Positions 10,675 to 19,921 of a stretch of DNA of 23,426 bases are shown in pieces. Source of the stretch: Polyangiales bacterium (GTDB lineage Bacteria > Myxococcota_A > Polyangia > Polyangiales > Houyiibacteriaceae); assembly GCA_045106895.1 (NCBI GenBank), contig JBGCFM010000163.1, positions 1-23,426 of the forward strand, read 5' to 3'. The position numbers and the translations under genes are program-made. The stretch's first letter is position 1, and every line of letters starts with the position of its first letter. The notes beneath the pieces were generated by a model, which had not been told where the DNA came from, did not search any database, and worked only from the letters and a program-made list of their open reading frames with translations.

Positions 10675-11925
10675 GTGCGAACTTGGACCTTTGGACTGTG
10701 GTGTTCTGTTCTGCTCTGCGGCGCCTGCGCCGACGCGGTACCTGCGCTGACCTTCGACATTCGCGCCCTCACGACCGCGGGCGAAGACCCCTTCGTGGAT
10801 GCGGACAGCTTCGATCGAGTGCGCATTCGAGTGAAGCAGCAAGACTCTCAGGTCATCACCCTCGAGGCGGCGACGGCCGGAACCTTCGACCTCTCGACGT
10901 CCTTTGAGTCTCTCTCTGCACCCACGCGCGTGCGTCTCGAGCTCGAAGGCGACAACCCGCTTCATGGGGCGCCTCCCGTGTTCGCGCCTGGGGCGAGCCA
11001 AGGCGTGGTTCGTTTTGCCGTGGGAGCGCCCTCCTCGTGCGAGCGCGTCGATGGATTCGATCGCGACAGCGACGGCGCCTCCTTCACGCGCATCGACACG
11101 TTCATTCTCGGCGCAGGCGGCCAAGACTCAAGCAGCGTTTGGATCTTCGACCTGCTTCGACTCGCCACGACGGAGCTCGACCCGCTGCCCAGCGAAGGTC
11201 CAACGGTGAGCACACGCCTGGGCGCATCGAGCGCGCTCATCATCAATGACAGTGGCGCGTACCGCTACGACCTTGGCGTCGATCCAAGCCAAGACGATCG
11301 CGTGGCGGAGCTCGCGCTCCACCAGGGCGCAGACCACACCACGGCGCTGCTTACACGCGAAAACGGGGGTGTCTTGGCGGTTGGCCCGGGTTTGGGCTTC
11401 TCTCTCATCGCGCCCGACGGTCGCGTCATTCTCGGTGATGACCTGGCGACTGCACGGACGCGGCCGGGGCTCGTTGAGATCGGCGGCTCGCCCTTCATCT
11501 TCGGTGGCAACGCCGACGGCGCGCTCTTTGAGATCGTCGACGTGGACCGCGGCGAGACCACGCCGATGGGCGACGGCACGCTCCCGTCCAGCGCTGGCGC
11601 TTTGAATGTCGATGGAACCGTCTGGCTTATCCACGACGACGACACCAGCAGCGTGATCCGTGGTTGCCCCGCCTGCGAGATGCCCGAAGCAGGCCCCGCC
11701 AACAGCGGCGTCGTCGTCGGAGCGACGCACCTCATCACGGCGGGCATGCTCAGCGCGGTACCGCTGGAAGAGGCACTGCCGCCCGGTCAGGCGCCGACTC
11801 TGGACCCGGTGGCCAGTCCGCTGACGCCTCCACGCGCCGTCTTTGCGTACGAAAGCGGTATCGTCTTCCTCGCCGACGACGAAGGCGCCCAGCTTTGCTT
11901 CCCCGGCGATCTATCGCCCCTCTGA
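10675..11925 (+). CDS. Putative lipoprotein with kelch/beta-propeller-like C-terminal region
   Basis: Signal peptide MRTWTFGLWCSVLLCGAC; beta-rich with FILGAGG, ARTRPG, FIFGG motifs; start at GTG 10675 inferred. Confidence 0.6.
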   Translation: MRTWTFGLWCSVLLCGACADAVPALTFDIRALTTAGEDPFVDADSFDRVRIRVKQQDSQVITLEAATAGTFDLSTSFESLSAPTRVRLELEGDNPLHGAPPVFAPGASQGVVRFAVGAPSSCERVDGFDRDSDGASFTRIDTFILGAGGQDSSSVWIFDLLRLATTELDPLPSEGPTVSTRLGASSALIINDSGAYRYDLGVDPSQDDRVAELALHQGADHTTALLTRENGGVLAVGPGLGFSLIAPDGRVILGDDLATARTRPGLVEIGGSPFIFGGNADGALFEIVDVDRGETTPMGDGTLPSSAGALNVDGTVWLIHDDDTSSVIRGCPACEMPEAGPANSGVVVGATHLITAGMLSAVPLEEALPPGQAPTLDPVASPLTPPRAVFAYESGIVFLADDEGAQLCFPGDLSPL

Positions 11926-11977
11926 TCGTTCGTTGACGCAGGAGGGCATCCCGGTCGATAGTGCGCGACCTGGCCTT

Positions 11978-13804
11978 ATGCTGCGTCAGCTCGACAAATA
12001 CGAGCTCCTTGAGGAGATCGGCCATGGGGGCATGGCAACGGTTTATAAGGCGCGTGACTCGCGTCTGGACCGGCTTGTCGCGGTCAAGGTTCTCCACCCC
12101 CACCTTCAGAAGACGCCGGAAGCACGCTCCCGCTTCACGCGGGAAGCCCAGAGCGTCGCGAAGCTCAAGCACGGCGGCATCCTGGAGATCTACGACTACA
12201 GCGGCGACGACTCGCCGGAGTCCTACATCGCCGCCGAGCTGCTCACGGGGCCAACGCTCAAGGTCTTCATTGAAGACGAAGGAAAAGCTCTCCCGGCAGA
12301 AGTGGCGGCGGCCTTCACGATTCAGATCGCGCGCGCCCTCGGCGCGGCCCACGCAGCAAAGATCGTTCACCGCGACGTGAAACCTGAGAACGTTCTCCTG
12401 CACGAGAACATAAAACTCAAGCTCACGGACTTCGGCATCGCCCAGATGGTCGACAGCCAGTCCATGACGGCGACGGGGCAGATCCTCGGTTCGCCAGGAC
12501 ACATGGCGCCAGAACAGGTGGCCGCGGGTGACGTCGACGAACGCAGCGACATTTTCTCCTTAGGCACGGTGCTCTATTACCTCGCGACGGGGCGGCTTCC
12601 TTTCCAAGGACGAAACCCGCACCAGATTCTAAAGCGCATCGTCGACGGCGACTTCCCGGAGCCGCTGCGAATCAACCCGGCGATGGGTGGTGAGCTCGCG
12701 GGCATCCTTCGGCGAACGATGAGCGTGGAGCCGAGCGAACGCCAAGACGGCGTGGACTCGCTGGAGGCAGAGCTTCAGCGTTTTCTCCTCGGCCTCGACA
12801 TCGAAGACTCCGACGCCCTCGTGCGTGAGTACCTGGCGGACAAGAAGGCCACGCGAGAGCGGCTCCGCGAGAACGCGATTCGAGTCTTGCTGCGCAGGGG
12901 CGCAAAGGCCGTCGGCGCCGGCGCGCGCAGCGAAGCGATGGAGTGCCTCGACCGTGTCCTCGCCCTGGACGAAGGCAACGAAGAGGCCATGGCCCTCGTC
13001 GGCAAGCTGGGCAAAGAGCGAAGTCTGGCGGCGCCGCTCATCGCCATCGGCGTCGCCCTCGCTCTCGGAGTGGGCGGCTACGCCGTCTCGACGATGGACG
13101 AGGGCGGCGGCGAGGAAGTGATCAGCCGCCTGGATGACGCCGGCGTGGATGCCCTCGCCGATACGGGCCTCGACGACGCAAGCGACGCGGGCGAAGTGGA
13201 CGCGGACGAAGCGGACGAAGTGGACGCGGGCGAAGAGGCCGACAGCGGTGAAGCCGACGCCGAAGAAGCGGACACCGGCGTTGACGCCCGTCGTCCACGA
13301 CGTGACGCGAGACCTCGACCCCGAGGTCCACGCCGCGTGGTTTTCCGGCCATCTCCTCCGCGCGTTTCCATCAGCGTCGATGGCAGTCCACCCCGCGACT
13401 TCGGGCCCAGCTTCAACTCCATTGAGCTCGACCCGGGTTCCCACCGTTTCCGCATCGTCGGCGAATGCTGCATCGAAGAAGACTTCTCGGTCTCTATTCC
13501 GGGGGGCAACGACGACTACATTCTCCGCCGCACTCTTGATTACAAACCGGCGAACCTCATCGTGCACTCGGCCGTGAGCGCCACCGTCGAGGTGAGCGGT
13601 AGAGGCACAGCGCGCGCCAGCCGCGGCACCACGGGCATCTTGTTTCCCGTCGCGCTCAGCGAGGCGCGTCAGCGGCGTACGGTCATCGTGCGGGCGCCTG
13701 GGTATGTTCCGCTCACGCTTCAGCTCGATCTCGGCGTCGGAGCCGTCGTCAGCAGGCGGGTCCAGCTGGTCCCGATCCCGTCCGAAAACGGCGAAAAGCC
13801 CTAG
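11978..13804 (+). CDS. Membrane-anchored Hanks-type Ser/Thr protein kinase with TPR-like helix pair, acidic linker and PEGA-like C-terminus
   Basis: IGHGGMATVY, VAVK, HRDVKPEN, DFG, GSPGHMAPE, SDIFSLG; TM LIAIGVALALGVGGYAV; ISVDG and VRAPGYVP motifs. Confidence 0.92.
   Translation: MLRQLDKYELLEEIGHGGMATVYKARDSRLDRLVAVKVLHPHLQKTPEARSRFTREAQSVAKLKHGGILEIYDYSGDDSPESYIAAELLTGPTLKVFIEDEGKALPAEVAAAFTIQIARALGAAHAAKIVHRDVKPENVLLHENIKLKLTDFGIAQMVDSQSMTATGQILGSPGHMAPEQVAAGDVDERSDIFSLGTVLYYLATGRLPFQGRNPHQILKRIVDGDFPEPLRINPAMGGELAGILRRTMSVEPSERQDGVDSLEAELQRFLLGLDIEDSDALVREYLADKKATRERLRENAIRVLLRRGAKAVGAGARSEAMECLDRVLALDEGNEEAMALVGKLGKERSLAAPLIAIGVALALGVGGYAVSTMDEGGGEEVISRLDDAGVDALADTGLDDASDAGEVDADEADEVDAGEEADSGEADAEEADTGVDARRPRRDARPRPRGPRRVVFRPSPPRVSISVDGSPPRDFGPSFNSIELDPGSHRFRIVGECCIEEDFSVSIPGGNDDYILRRTLDYKPANLIVHSAVSATVEVSGRGTARASRGTTGILFPVALSEARQRRTVIVRAPGYVPLTLQLDLGVGAVVSRRVQLVPIPSENGEKP
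13130..13290 (+). repeat. Imperfect in-frame repeats encoding an acidic DAG/DADE linker
   Basis: Repeated gacgcggg/cgaagtggacgcg units; protein DASDAGEVDADEADEVDAGEEADSGEADAEEAD. Confidence 0.6.
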
Positions 13805-13897
13805 CAAGCGTCGTTTTGCGCAAAGAGCGCTTTCGAGGAGCGGGCGTCGAAACGTGACAAAAAATGGTGGTGCGATCTATACACTGAGGTCTCCACC

Positions 13898-14833
13898 GTG
13901 CGTCATCTTGCCCTCATCACCGTTCTTCTCGCCGGCAGCTTCACCGCGTCGTCTGCGCGAGCGGATGAAGTGGCGGATTTCGGTGCAGCCCAGAGCGCAT
14001 ATGGCCAAGGCGACTACGCCCGCGCCGTCACGCTCTTCGAAGCGATGGTCGGCGGTACGACGCCTCGCATTCGGAACGAAGTGTTGATCAACGAGTCCCG
14101 GAAGTACCTCGCGGCAGCGCTTCTCTTTGAGGGGCGCGAAGCCGACGCCCGAGCGCAGTTCACGCGACTCATCGAGACGGCCCCGGACTACATCCTCGAC
14201 GCCGTCGCATTTCCCGCCGCCGTCTACGCGATGTTCAGCGAGGTCAAAGCACAGGTTCGCGCCGACATTGCGGAGCGGGCTGCAGCCCAAGAGGCTGCCG
14301 AGAGAGAACGACGCGAGCGTGCCATGCGTCAGCTCGTGGCGCAGCAGGAGCGGATCGCACGGCTTGAGGTCCTCGCCCAAGAGGTCACCGTCGAAGAGAG
14401 CGGCTCGCGCTGGATCGCCGCGCTGCCTTTCGGCACAGGCCAATTTCAAAACGGGCACCGCAACCTTGGACTAGGACTGCTCTCGGCGGAGATTTTTCTC
14501 GCCACGACATCCGTCGCCACCTTCATCTATCACCAGTTTCTCATCGATCGCGGCAACGCGATGGTGGACAACCTTCAGCCCGTCGACGACCTGCTCATTC
14601 GACTCGAACGCGGCGTGCGTATCACCAACCAAATCAGCACAGCGCTCCTCGGCGCCGTCGCCCTCGCCGGTATCATCGATGCGCAGGTTCGGTTCCGCGA
14701 AAGCCGCCGCACAACCCGTCAACGAGAACTCCCCGAAGACCTACAGGGCATCGAACCCCTCGAAGATCCAGAAGCCGTGAGTGTTCAAGTGAACGTAGGC
14801 CTCGGTTACGCCGAGCTAACGCTGGGCTTCTAG
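13898..14833 (+). CDS. Exported TPR-containing protein with C-terminal hydrophobic segments
   Basis: Signal peptide ending ARA; AYGQGDYARAVTLFE TPR; coiled coil; LPFGTGQFQNG followed by hydrophobic helices; terminal Phe. Confidence 0.7.
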   Translation: MRHLALITVLLAGSFTASSARADEVADFGAAQSAYGQGDYARAVTLFEAMVGGTTPRIRNEVLINESRKYLAAALLFEGREADARAQFTRLIETAPDYILDAVAFPAAVYAMFSEVKAQVRADIAERAAAQEAAERERRERAMRQLVAQQERIARLEVLAQEVTVEESGSRWIAALPFGTGQFQNGHRNLGLGLLSAEIFLATTSVATFIYHQFLIDRGNAMVDNLQPVDDLLIRLERGVRITNQISTALLGAVALAGIIDAQVRFRESRRTTRQRELPEDLQGIEPLEDPEAVSVQVNVGLGYAELTLGF

Positions 14834-14840
14834 CGCGGGT

Positions 14841-16316
14841 CTACGGCCCTTCATCGGCTGAGGCGAAACCGAGGGCGATCGCGGCGTCATCACCGGCCTC
14901 CGGAGTCGTCAGCTCAAGGTCGACCATGTGCCGCGATTCGTCGCACGCAGCGCCCATGCTGCAGGCGTGTTCGTAGAAGGCACGGGCGTAGGCGTAGTTC
15001 ACCGCCACCCCTTCCCCCAGACGGTAGCGTGCGCCCAGGAGCGCACATGCGTTGCGCTGTCCCCCGGCACGGCAGGCGCGAAGGAGCGCCGCGTGCTGGC
15101 GAGCGCCGCTAAGAAAGCCGGCGGCGTCCAGGCAGTAGCGAGGTCCGAGTTCACATGCACGCCGGGCCAGCCTGGTCGCTTTCGCCAGATCCGGGACTGT
15201 GCCGACGCCGGTCTCGTAACAAGAGGAAGCCTGACGGCACGCACCAGCGTCGCCGCCCTCGCATGCCGCAAGCGCGTCGCGGAGTGGCTGAGACATCGTC
15301 ATCGGGACGTGGCGTCGTTCGACCGGCTCCGCCGCCTGGGCGCGTCTCAAATACACATCGTAGGTCGCCGAGGAAGCGTAGAAGAGCGTGACTCCGTCTT
15401 GTGGACAAACCACGGCGCGATTGCCGATGTCCTGCGTGACTACAGCGCCGGGATGGGTAATGGCGCCGATCGCTTGGTGTGTCTCCTGCGTGGGCCAGAT
15501 CTCCACGGCGGTGCAGAACGCGTCGGCACGTGCGTCGATGGCCACCAAGAGAGGCTGCAGTGTTCCGTTGACACGCACGCTTGGCGCGACGCTTCCACGA
15601 GTCTCGCCGGAAACACTTTGCACGTAAAACTCGACGTCACTCGTGGGAAGCCCGAGGAACGCAGACTCACGGGCGACTCGCACCATCTGCTCGTCGTCCG
15701 GAATGAGCAACGCCGCGCTCCCGGGTCCCATGCGGTGCGGCCCGCTCAGAAGCTCCCCCGTCATCTCGCCTTCTCGGCGATAGGCGATGCGCCTTGCGAG
15801 TTCTCTCGGCCACCGCTCCGCGAGATACGCAGGATTCAAGAAGTTCGCCGCGATGGTGTATTGGTTGAGCTCATTCGGACCCGTGCGGTGCTCCTCGAAA
15901 TAGATGCGGCCGGGCGGCTCCGTGAAAGTCGCGACGTATTCGGCGCTCGTAGCCTCGTCTTCCGCACAAAGAGAGAGCGCGTTCTGCCTGTCCCGACGCG
16001 GCTCCGATGGAACTTGGTGCTGGATTACGAAGTCCGTCTCGGATGCTCCAACCGCCAACATCACGCACTCATGAGGCCCGAGAGGGATCGAACGACGCCA
16101 CTCGAGGGACGTCACACTTTCGTACTCACTCGCTGTGAGCGCTGGCTTCTCCCCGTCCAGAACGCTTGTGAAATTCTGTACGTCTGAGCGTAGCTCCGCG
16201 TCGTCCCGGGGGATCACTCGTTTGTCGCCACCCACGAAACTGCCCACGAAACCGACAACGCCGGCAAAGAGAATCGGAAGGACGACGGGCGGCGTCGTTT
16301 TTGTCGCTTTCGACAC
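14841..16316 (-). CDS. Membrane-anchored protein with C-terminal Cys-rich Sel1-like repeats
   Basis: N-terminal TM; ACALLGARYRLGEGVAVNYAYARAFYEHACSMG and CYETGVGTVPDLAKATRLARRACELG. Confidence 0.78.
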   Translation of the reverse strand: MSKATKTTPPVVLPILFAGVVGFVGSFVGGDKRVIPRDDAELRSDVQNFTSVLDGEKPALTASEYESVTSLEWRRSIPLGPHECVMLAVGASETDFVIQHQVPSEPRRDRQNALSLCAEDEATSAEYVATFTEPPGRIYFEEHRTGPNELNQYTIAANFLNPAYLAERWPRELARRIAYRREGEMTGELLSGPHRMGPGSAALLIPDDEQMVRVARESAFLGLPTSDVEFYVQSVSGETRGSVAPSVRVNGTLQPLLVAIDARADAFCTAVEIWPTQETHQAIGAITHPGAVVTQDIGNRAVVCPQDGVTLFYASSATYDVYLRRAQAAEPVERRHVPMTMSQPLRDALAACEGGDAGACRQASSCYETGVGTVPDLAKATRLARRACELGPRYCLDAAGFLSGARQHAALLRACRAGGQRNACALLGARYRLGEGVAVNYAYARAFYEHACSMGAACDESRHMVDLELTTPEAGDDAAIALGFASADEGP

Positions 16317-16407
16317 GAGCCAACGTCTCGCACATCACGCCGGAACGCAACGTCCGCGGCCTCTTGGCCGTGACACTCCCTCAACGGATCGGGTAGAGTC
16401 GAGCCCG

Positions 16408-17787
16408 ATGTCGCGCCTCGTCGTCGTTGTGCTCTTGATGTTCGCGACACCAGCCTTTGCCCAAGGCTCCGGCGGTAGCTTTGGTGGCTCCCGTGGGTTT
16501 GGCGGAGGAGGCGGCGGCGGAGGCGGCGGAGGAGGCGGCGGCGGCGGATTCGGCGGCGGTGGCGGAGGATCCGGTGGTGGGTTCGGCGGCGGCGGCGGGT
16601 TCGGTGCCGGCGGTGGATTCGGTGGAAGCGGCAACAGCGCCGCGCAGGAAGCATCGAGACAAGCCGAGCAAATGCGCGACGAAGAGCGGCGGCGACAAAT
16701 CGCGGAACGAGCACGACTTGAGCAGATTCGAGCGCAAGAGGCTGCGCGAGTTCAAAGGGCTGCAGAGGAGGCCCGAGCGCGTGCCGAAGCCCTCGCTGCG
16801 GCGAGAGCTCTGCCAGCAGCGGAACGCGCGGCATTGAGAGCATTCTTTGTCGAACGCGACGTCACCACCATCGCAGCGCCCGAGCCCCTGCCTTCTCCCG
16901 CGGACTTCGCCCCGCCGCCCGAGGGGGCTCCCATCGAGCTGCCTCCGGCGCAACGCAACCAAAACTCCATCGACTGGATGCCTCGGACGCTTCAAGCGAA
17001 CACGGTCACGGGCGTCCAGGTGGGTGTGTACTCTCTGTTGCCGCTCATGCTCGTCGGCTTCGGCATACGACGAACTCGGGAGAAGACGAAGGCACGTCGA
17101 GAGCGGGAACGCTTGCTCTGGCGCTACCGGCGCGGCGGCGACTGCGAGGTCATTACGATCTCCTTGGCGTTCCGACCGAAGGTCAGACGTGTTCTCCAGG
17201 AGACGCTGAAAACCATCGCTCGCTCGGCGAATATGCAGAGCGCCGAAGGAATGCACGCCGCGGCGGAATCGGTCACGACGCTCTTGGTCCGGAGTATCAA
17301 CGAAGTTGAGTTCGCGACGTGGGCGAGCCGTCAGGCGTGGGGCCAAGGTGCGGAGGCCGTTTTTGCGTCGGAGACCCGTGGCCTGAAGTCGCGCTTTCGT
17401 CACGACGTCGTGGCCGGGAGCACGCAGACCTTTGAGGCCAAGGAACATGAGGGCGAAGGCTGGGTCGTCGTGAGCATCGTCGCCGGCGCCATGCGGACCT
17501 TCCGGCGCGGTGAGGTGGGAGCGAACCGAGAGACCCTCGCCCGCGAGCTCGTTCGAATCGTTCAGGAGACGACCCCCGAACAACTCGTCGCTTTCGAGAC
17601 CATCTGGTCGCCGGCGGAAGAACTTGACCGAATGTCCGCGGCGGAGCTCTCCCTTCACTACCCCGAGCTGCTTCCCTTGAAGAACGCGCCGGCTCAGATT
17701 GCTCGGTGCGGCTACTGTGATTCGCTCTACACGGCAGAGCTCGAGGCGTGCCCCACATGCGGCGCACCCGAAGAGATTCGTCGTTAG
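16408..17787 (+). CDS. DUF1517-family membrane protein with Gly-rich N-terminus and C-terminal Zn ribbon
   Basis: Signal peptide AFA then SGGSFGGS; TM; LQETLKTIARSANMQSAEGM, WVVVSIV, AFETIWSPAEELDRMSAAELSLHYPELLPL; CGYC-x10-CPTC. Confidence 0.78.
   Translation: MSRLVVVVLLMFATPAFAQGSGGSFGGSRGFGGGGGGGGGGGGGGGGFGGGGGGSGGGFGGGGGFGAGGGFGGSGNSAAQEASRQAEQMRDEERRRQIAERARLEQIRAQEAARVQRAAEEARARAEALAAARALPAAERAALRAFFVERDVTTIAAPEPLPSPADFAPPPEGAPIELPPAQRNQNSIDWMPRTLQANTVTGVQVGVYSLLPLMLVGFGIRRTREKTKARRERERLLWRYRRGGDCEVITISLAFRPKVRRVLQETLKTIARSANMQSAEGMHAAAESVTTLLVRSINEVEFATWASRQAWGQGAEAVFASETRGLKSRFRHDVVAGSTQTFEAKEHEGEGWVVVSIVAGAMRTFRRGEVGANRETLARELVRIVQETTPEQLVAFETIWSPAEELDRMSAAELSLHYPELLPLKNAPAQIARCGYCDSLYTAELEACPTCGAPEEIRR
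16465..16632 (+). repeat. GGN low-complexity tract encoding poly-Gly/FGGG
   Basis: Runs of ggc/gga/ggt codons. Confidence 0.85.
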
Positions 17788-17790
17788 TCG

Positions 17791-18345
17791 CTAGCTGGAT
17801 ATTTCGTCGACGGCGGCGCCGCAGCTGGGACATTCCAGCTCATGAAGGACGAAACTGTGTCGGCAGTACGCACACTGGCGATGACCGGGGCGCTGTGATT
17901 CATCGACGCAGCGGAGAGGCTGGCCTTGTGGTTTCGACTCGGCGACGCTCAGCTCTGCGTTTGCATCAGGGCTCAAGCCACGGACAAGAGCCAGGACTTC
18001 GCTCAGGTCGCTCACCGCGCCCGCCACGTGCGAAGCGTCCAGGCGCAAAAGAACACCTCCGGCCAAGTCACAACGGAGGGAGGAGATCCATTCGCCCGCG
18101 TAGAAGTGAGTGGCGCTCGGAACCAAGCGCATAAAGTCCACGAGCTGATCTTCGTCGCCGACCCGCTCCAGAATAGAGCGCGCAAAGGCCTCGTCGTCCC
18201 CCGCGAGCCGAAGAACGAGGGTCCACCGCACGGGCCCGGCGACATCCTCCCGCGACGCACCGCCCTGGCGCCCTTCACGGGTCCACAGCCACAGAACACC
18301 TCCACAGAGCACGCTCACAGCGACACCAACAAGAGCCCAGGTCAT
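17791..18345 (-). CDS. Small membrane-anchored hypothetical protein with C-terminal Zn ribbon
   Basis: N-terminal TM MTWALVGVAVSVLCGGVLWLW; CAYC-x10-CPSC. Confidence 0.7.
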   Translation of the reverse strand: MTWALVGVAVSVLCGGVLWLWTREGRQGGASREDVAGPVRWTLVLRLAGDDEAFARSILERVGDEDQLVDFMRLVPSATHFYAGEWISSLRCDLAGGVLLRLDASHVAGAVSDLSEVLALVRGLSPDANAELSVAESKPQGQPLRCVDESQRPGHRQCAYCRHSFVLHELECPSCGAAVDEISS

Positions 18346-18412
18346 CCGGAGGCGAGACTAACGCAGCGGGGGCCGCTTTTTTAGATATTGTGAGGCCAAA
18401 ATAACCGTGTAC

Positions 18413-18442
18413 TTGCGAGGTCGTGGTGCCGCCAGCCATGAT
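18413..18442 (+). promoter_or_regulatory. Candidate sigma70-type promoter for the second kinase
   Basis: TTGCGA-N18-CATGAT ending 11 nt before ATG 18454. Confidence 0.3.
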
Positions 18443-18453
18443 TCGACGACTCA

Positions 18454-19866
18454 ATGCCGGAGCTAAGTTCAGGCCAGGTCATCGCCGGCTACGAGATTTT
18501 GAAGAACGTCACCGCGGGTGGCATGGCGTCCCTGTATTTGGGGCGTCGACGCGGCGCCGCGGGTTTCTCCAAGCTCGTGGCCATCAAGGTCGTGCACCCC
18601 CACCTGGCGCGGGAGGACAAGTTCGTCCGCATGTTCCTCGACGAAGCCCGTCTCGCGGCTCGGATTCAGCATCCCTCCGTCGTGAGCGTCGAGGAGCTCC
18701 TCGAAGAGCAAGGCACCTACCTGATGGTCATGGAGTACATCCATGGCTGCTCGCTCTTTGAGCTCATCAAGCGCCTCGCTGGCGAACGTCGACGCCTCTC
18801 CGTCGAACTGACGGCTTGGATTGGCGCCACCGTCGCCGACGGCCTGCACGCCGCGCACGAGCTTCGCGACAACCAAGGCCAGCTCCTTCACGTCGTTCAC
18901 CGAGACGTAAGCCCACAGAACATTCTGCTGAGCTATTCAGGCCACCCCAAGGTCATCGACTTCGGTATCGCCAAGTCGCGCGCACAAACGGACGCGACGA
19001 AAGCCGGCGTACTGCGCGGCAAGATCGGCTACATGTCGCCGGAGCAAGCGAACGGGCAACCCCTCGACCGCTCCACGGACGTCTACGCCCTCGGCGTCGT
19101 TCTTTGGGAGTGCCTGACTTCACGACGTCTCTTTCGTGCAGACAATGAGATCCTTCAGCTCGACATGGTGCGGGCTCCGAAGGTCGTGCCTCCCGACGAG
19201 TTCGCGCCGGTCCCCAAAGCGCTCTCTGACGTGGTCATGGACGCGCTCCGGCCCAACCCCAAGATGCGCATCACGAGCGCAAAGGCATTTCGCGACCGAC
19301 TGCTGCAGGCGTGCCCCGAGGTCGCCGGCGTCCACAGCTCTGACCTGGCGGGTCTCCTCGAGACCGTCATGGGCGACAAGATCGAAGAGACGTTTCCGTG
19401 GGACGAGATGGGCGCGAGCGTCGAGCGTGTCGTCGCCTCCGACAGCTTCGTCGAGCAGCACACCGTGGCGGCTCCTGCGGCGCGTTTCCTCTCCGATGAT
19501 TCCGTGAGCCTCGTCGCAGAAGAGACGGTGGAACCGATTCAGTTCACGCTCCACCCACCCGAGATCACCGGCCCTTCCTCGAGCGTCTTCATTCAGCCTC
19601 CACCCGACGAGTCCGAGCTGCCGGTCATGCGCACCGCGCCCGTGGCTCCGCCGCCTCAGCGAGCGCTTCCGAAGCCCGTAAAACGGATCATGTCGCTCTT
19701 TTCCCTGATTATCGTGGTGGTGGCCTTCGGTCTGGCGGGCTGGCTGCTCTGGACCGAGATTGTCCCCCAAGAGTGGTTCGAGGAGAGCGAAGAAGAAGAG
19801 CCGGAGTACATCGAAACCGAGCTTCCGGCAGGCTATTCTCCCGAAAACGGTCCGCGAAATAAGTAG
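18454..19866 (+). CDS. Hanks-type protein kinase with C-terminal TM (HRDVSPQN subtype)
   Basis: AGGMASLY, VAIK, HRDVSPQN, DFGIAK, GKIGYMSPE, DVYALG; TM near C-terminus. Confidence 0.93.
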   Translation: MPELSSGQVIAGYEILKNVTAGGMASLYLGRRRGAAGFSKLVAIKVVHPHLAREDKFVRMFLDEARLAARIQHPSVVSVEELLEEQGTYLMVMEYIHGCSLFELIKRLAGERRRLSVELTAWIGATVADGLHAAHELRDNQGQLLHVVHRDVSPQNILLSYSGHPKVIDFGIAKSRAQTDATKAGVLRGKIGYMSPEQANGQPLDRSTDVYALGVVLWECLTSRRLFRADNEILQLDMVRAPKVVPPDEFAPVPKALSDVVMDALRPNPKMRITSAKAFRDRLLQACPEVAGVHSSDLAGLLETVMGDKIEETFPWDEMGASVERVVASDSFVEQHTVAAPAARFLSDDSVSLVAEETVEPIQFTLHPPEITGPSSSVFIQPPPDESELPVMRTAPVAPPPQRALPKPVKRIMSLFSLIIVVVAFGLAGWLLWTEIVPQEWFEESEEEEPEYIETELPAGYSPENGPRNK

Positions 19867-19921
19867 CGCGACGTCCAAGGCGGAGCGTGCTCACCCCGCC
19901 CCCGTCTGTTAGCGTCTGGAC

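Noticed and set aside
16135..16407. N-terminal extension of the DUF1517 ORF
   Set aside because: Overlaps the Sel1 gene; signal peptide begins at ATG 16408
16335..16634. Poly-proline ORF or CRISPR-like repeat
   Set aside because: Just the reverse complement of the poly-Gly tract; no repeat-spacer structure
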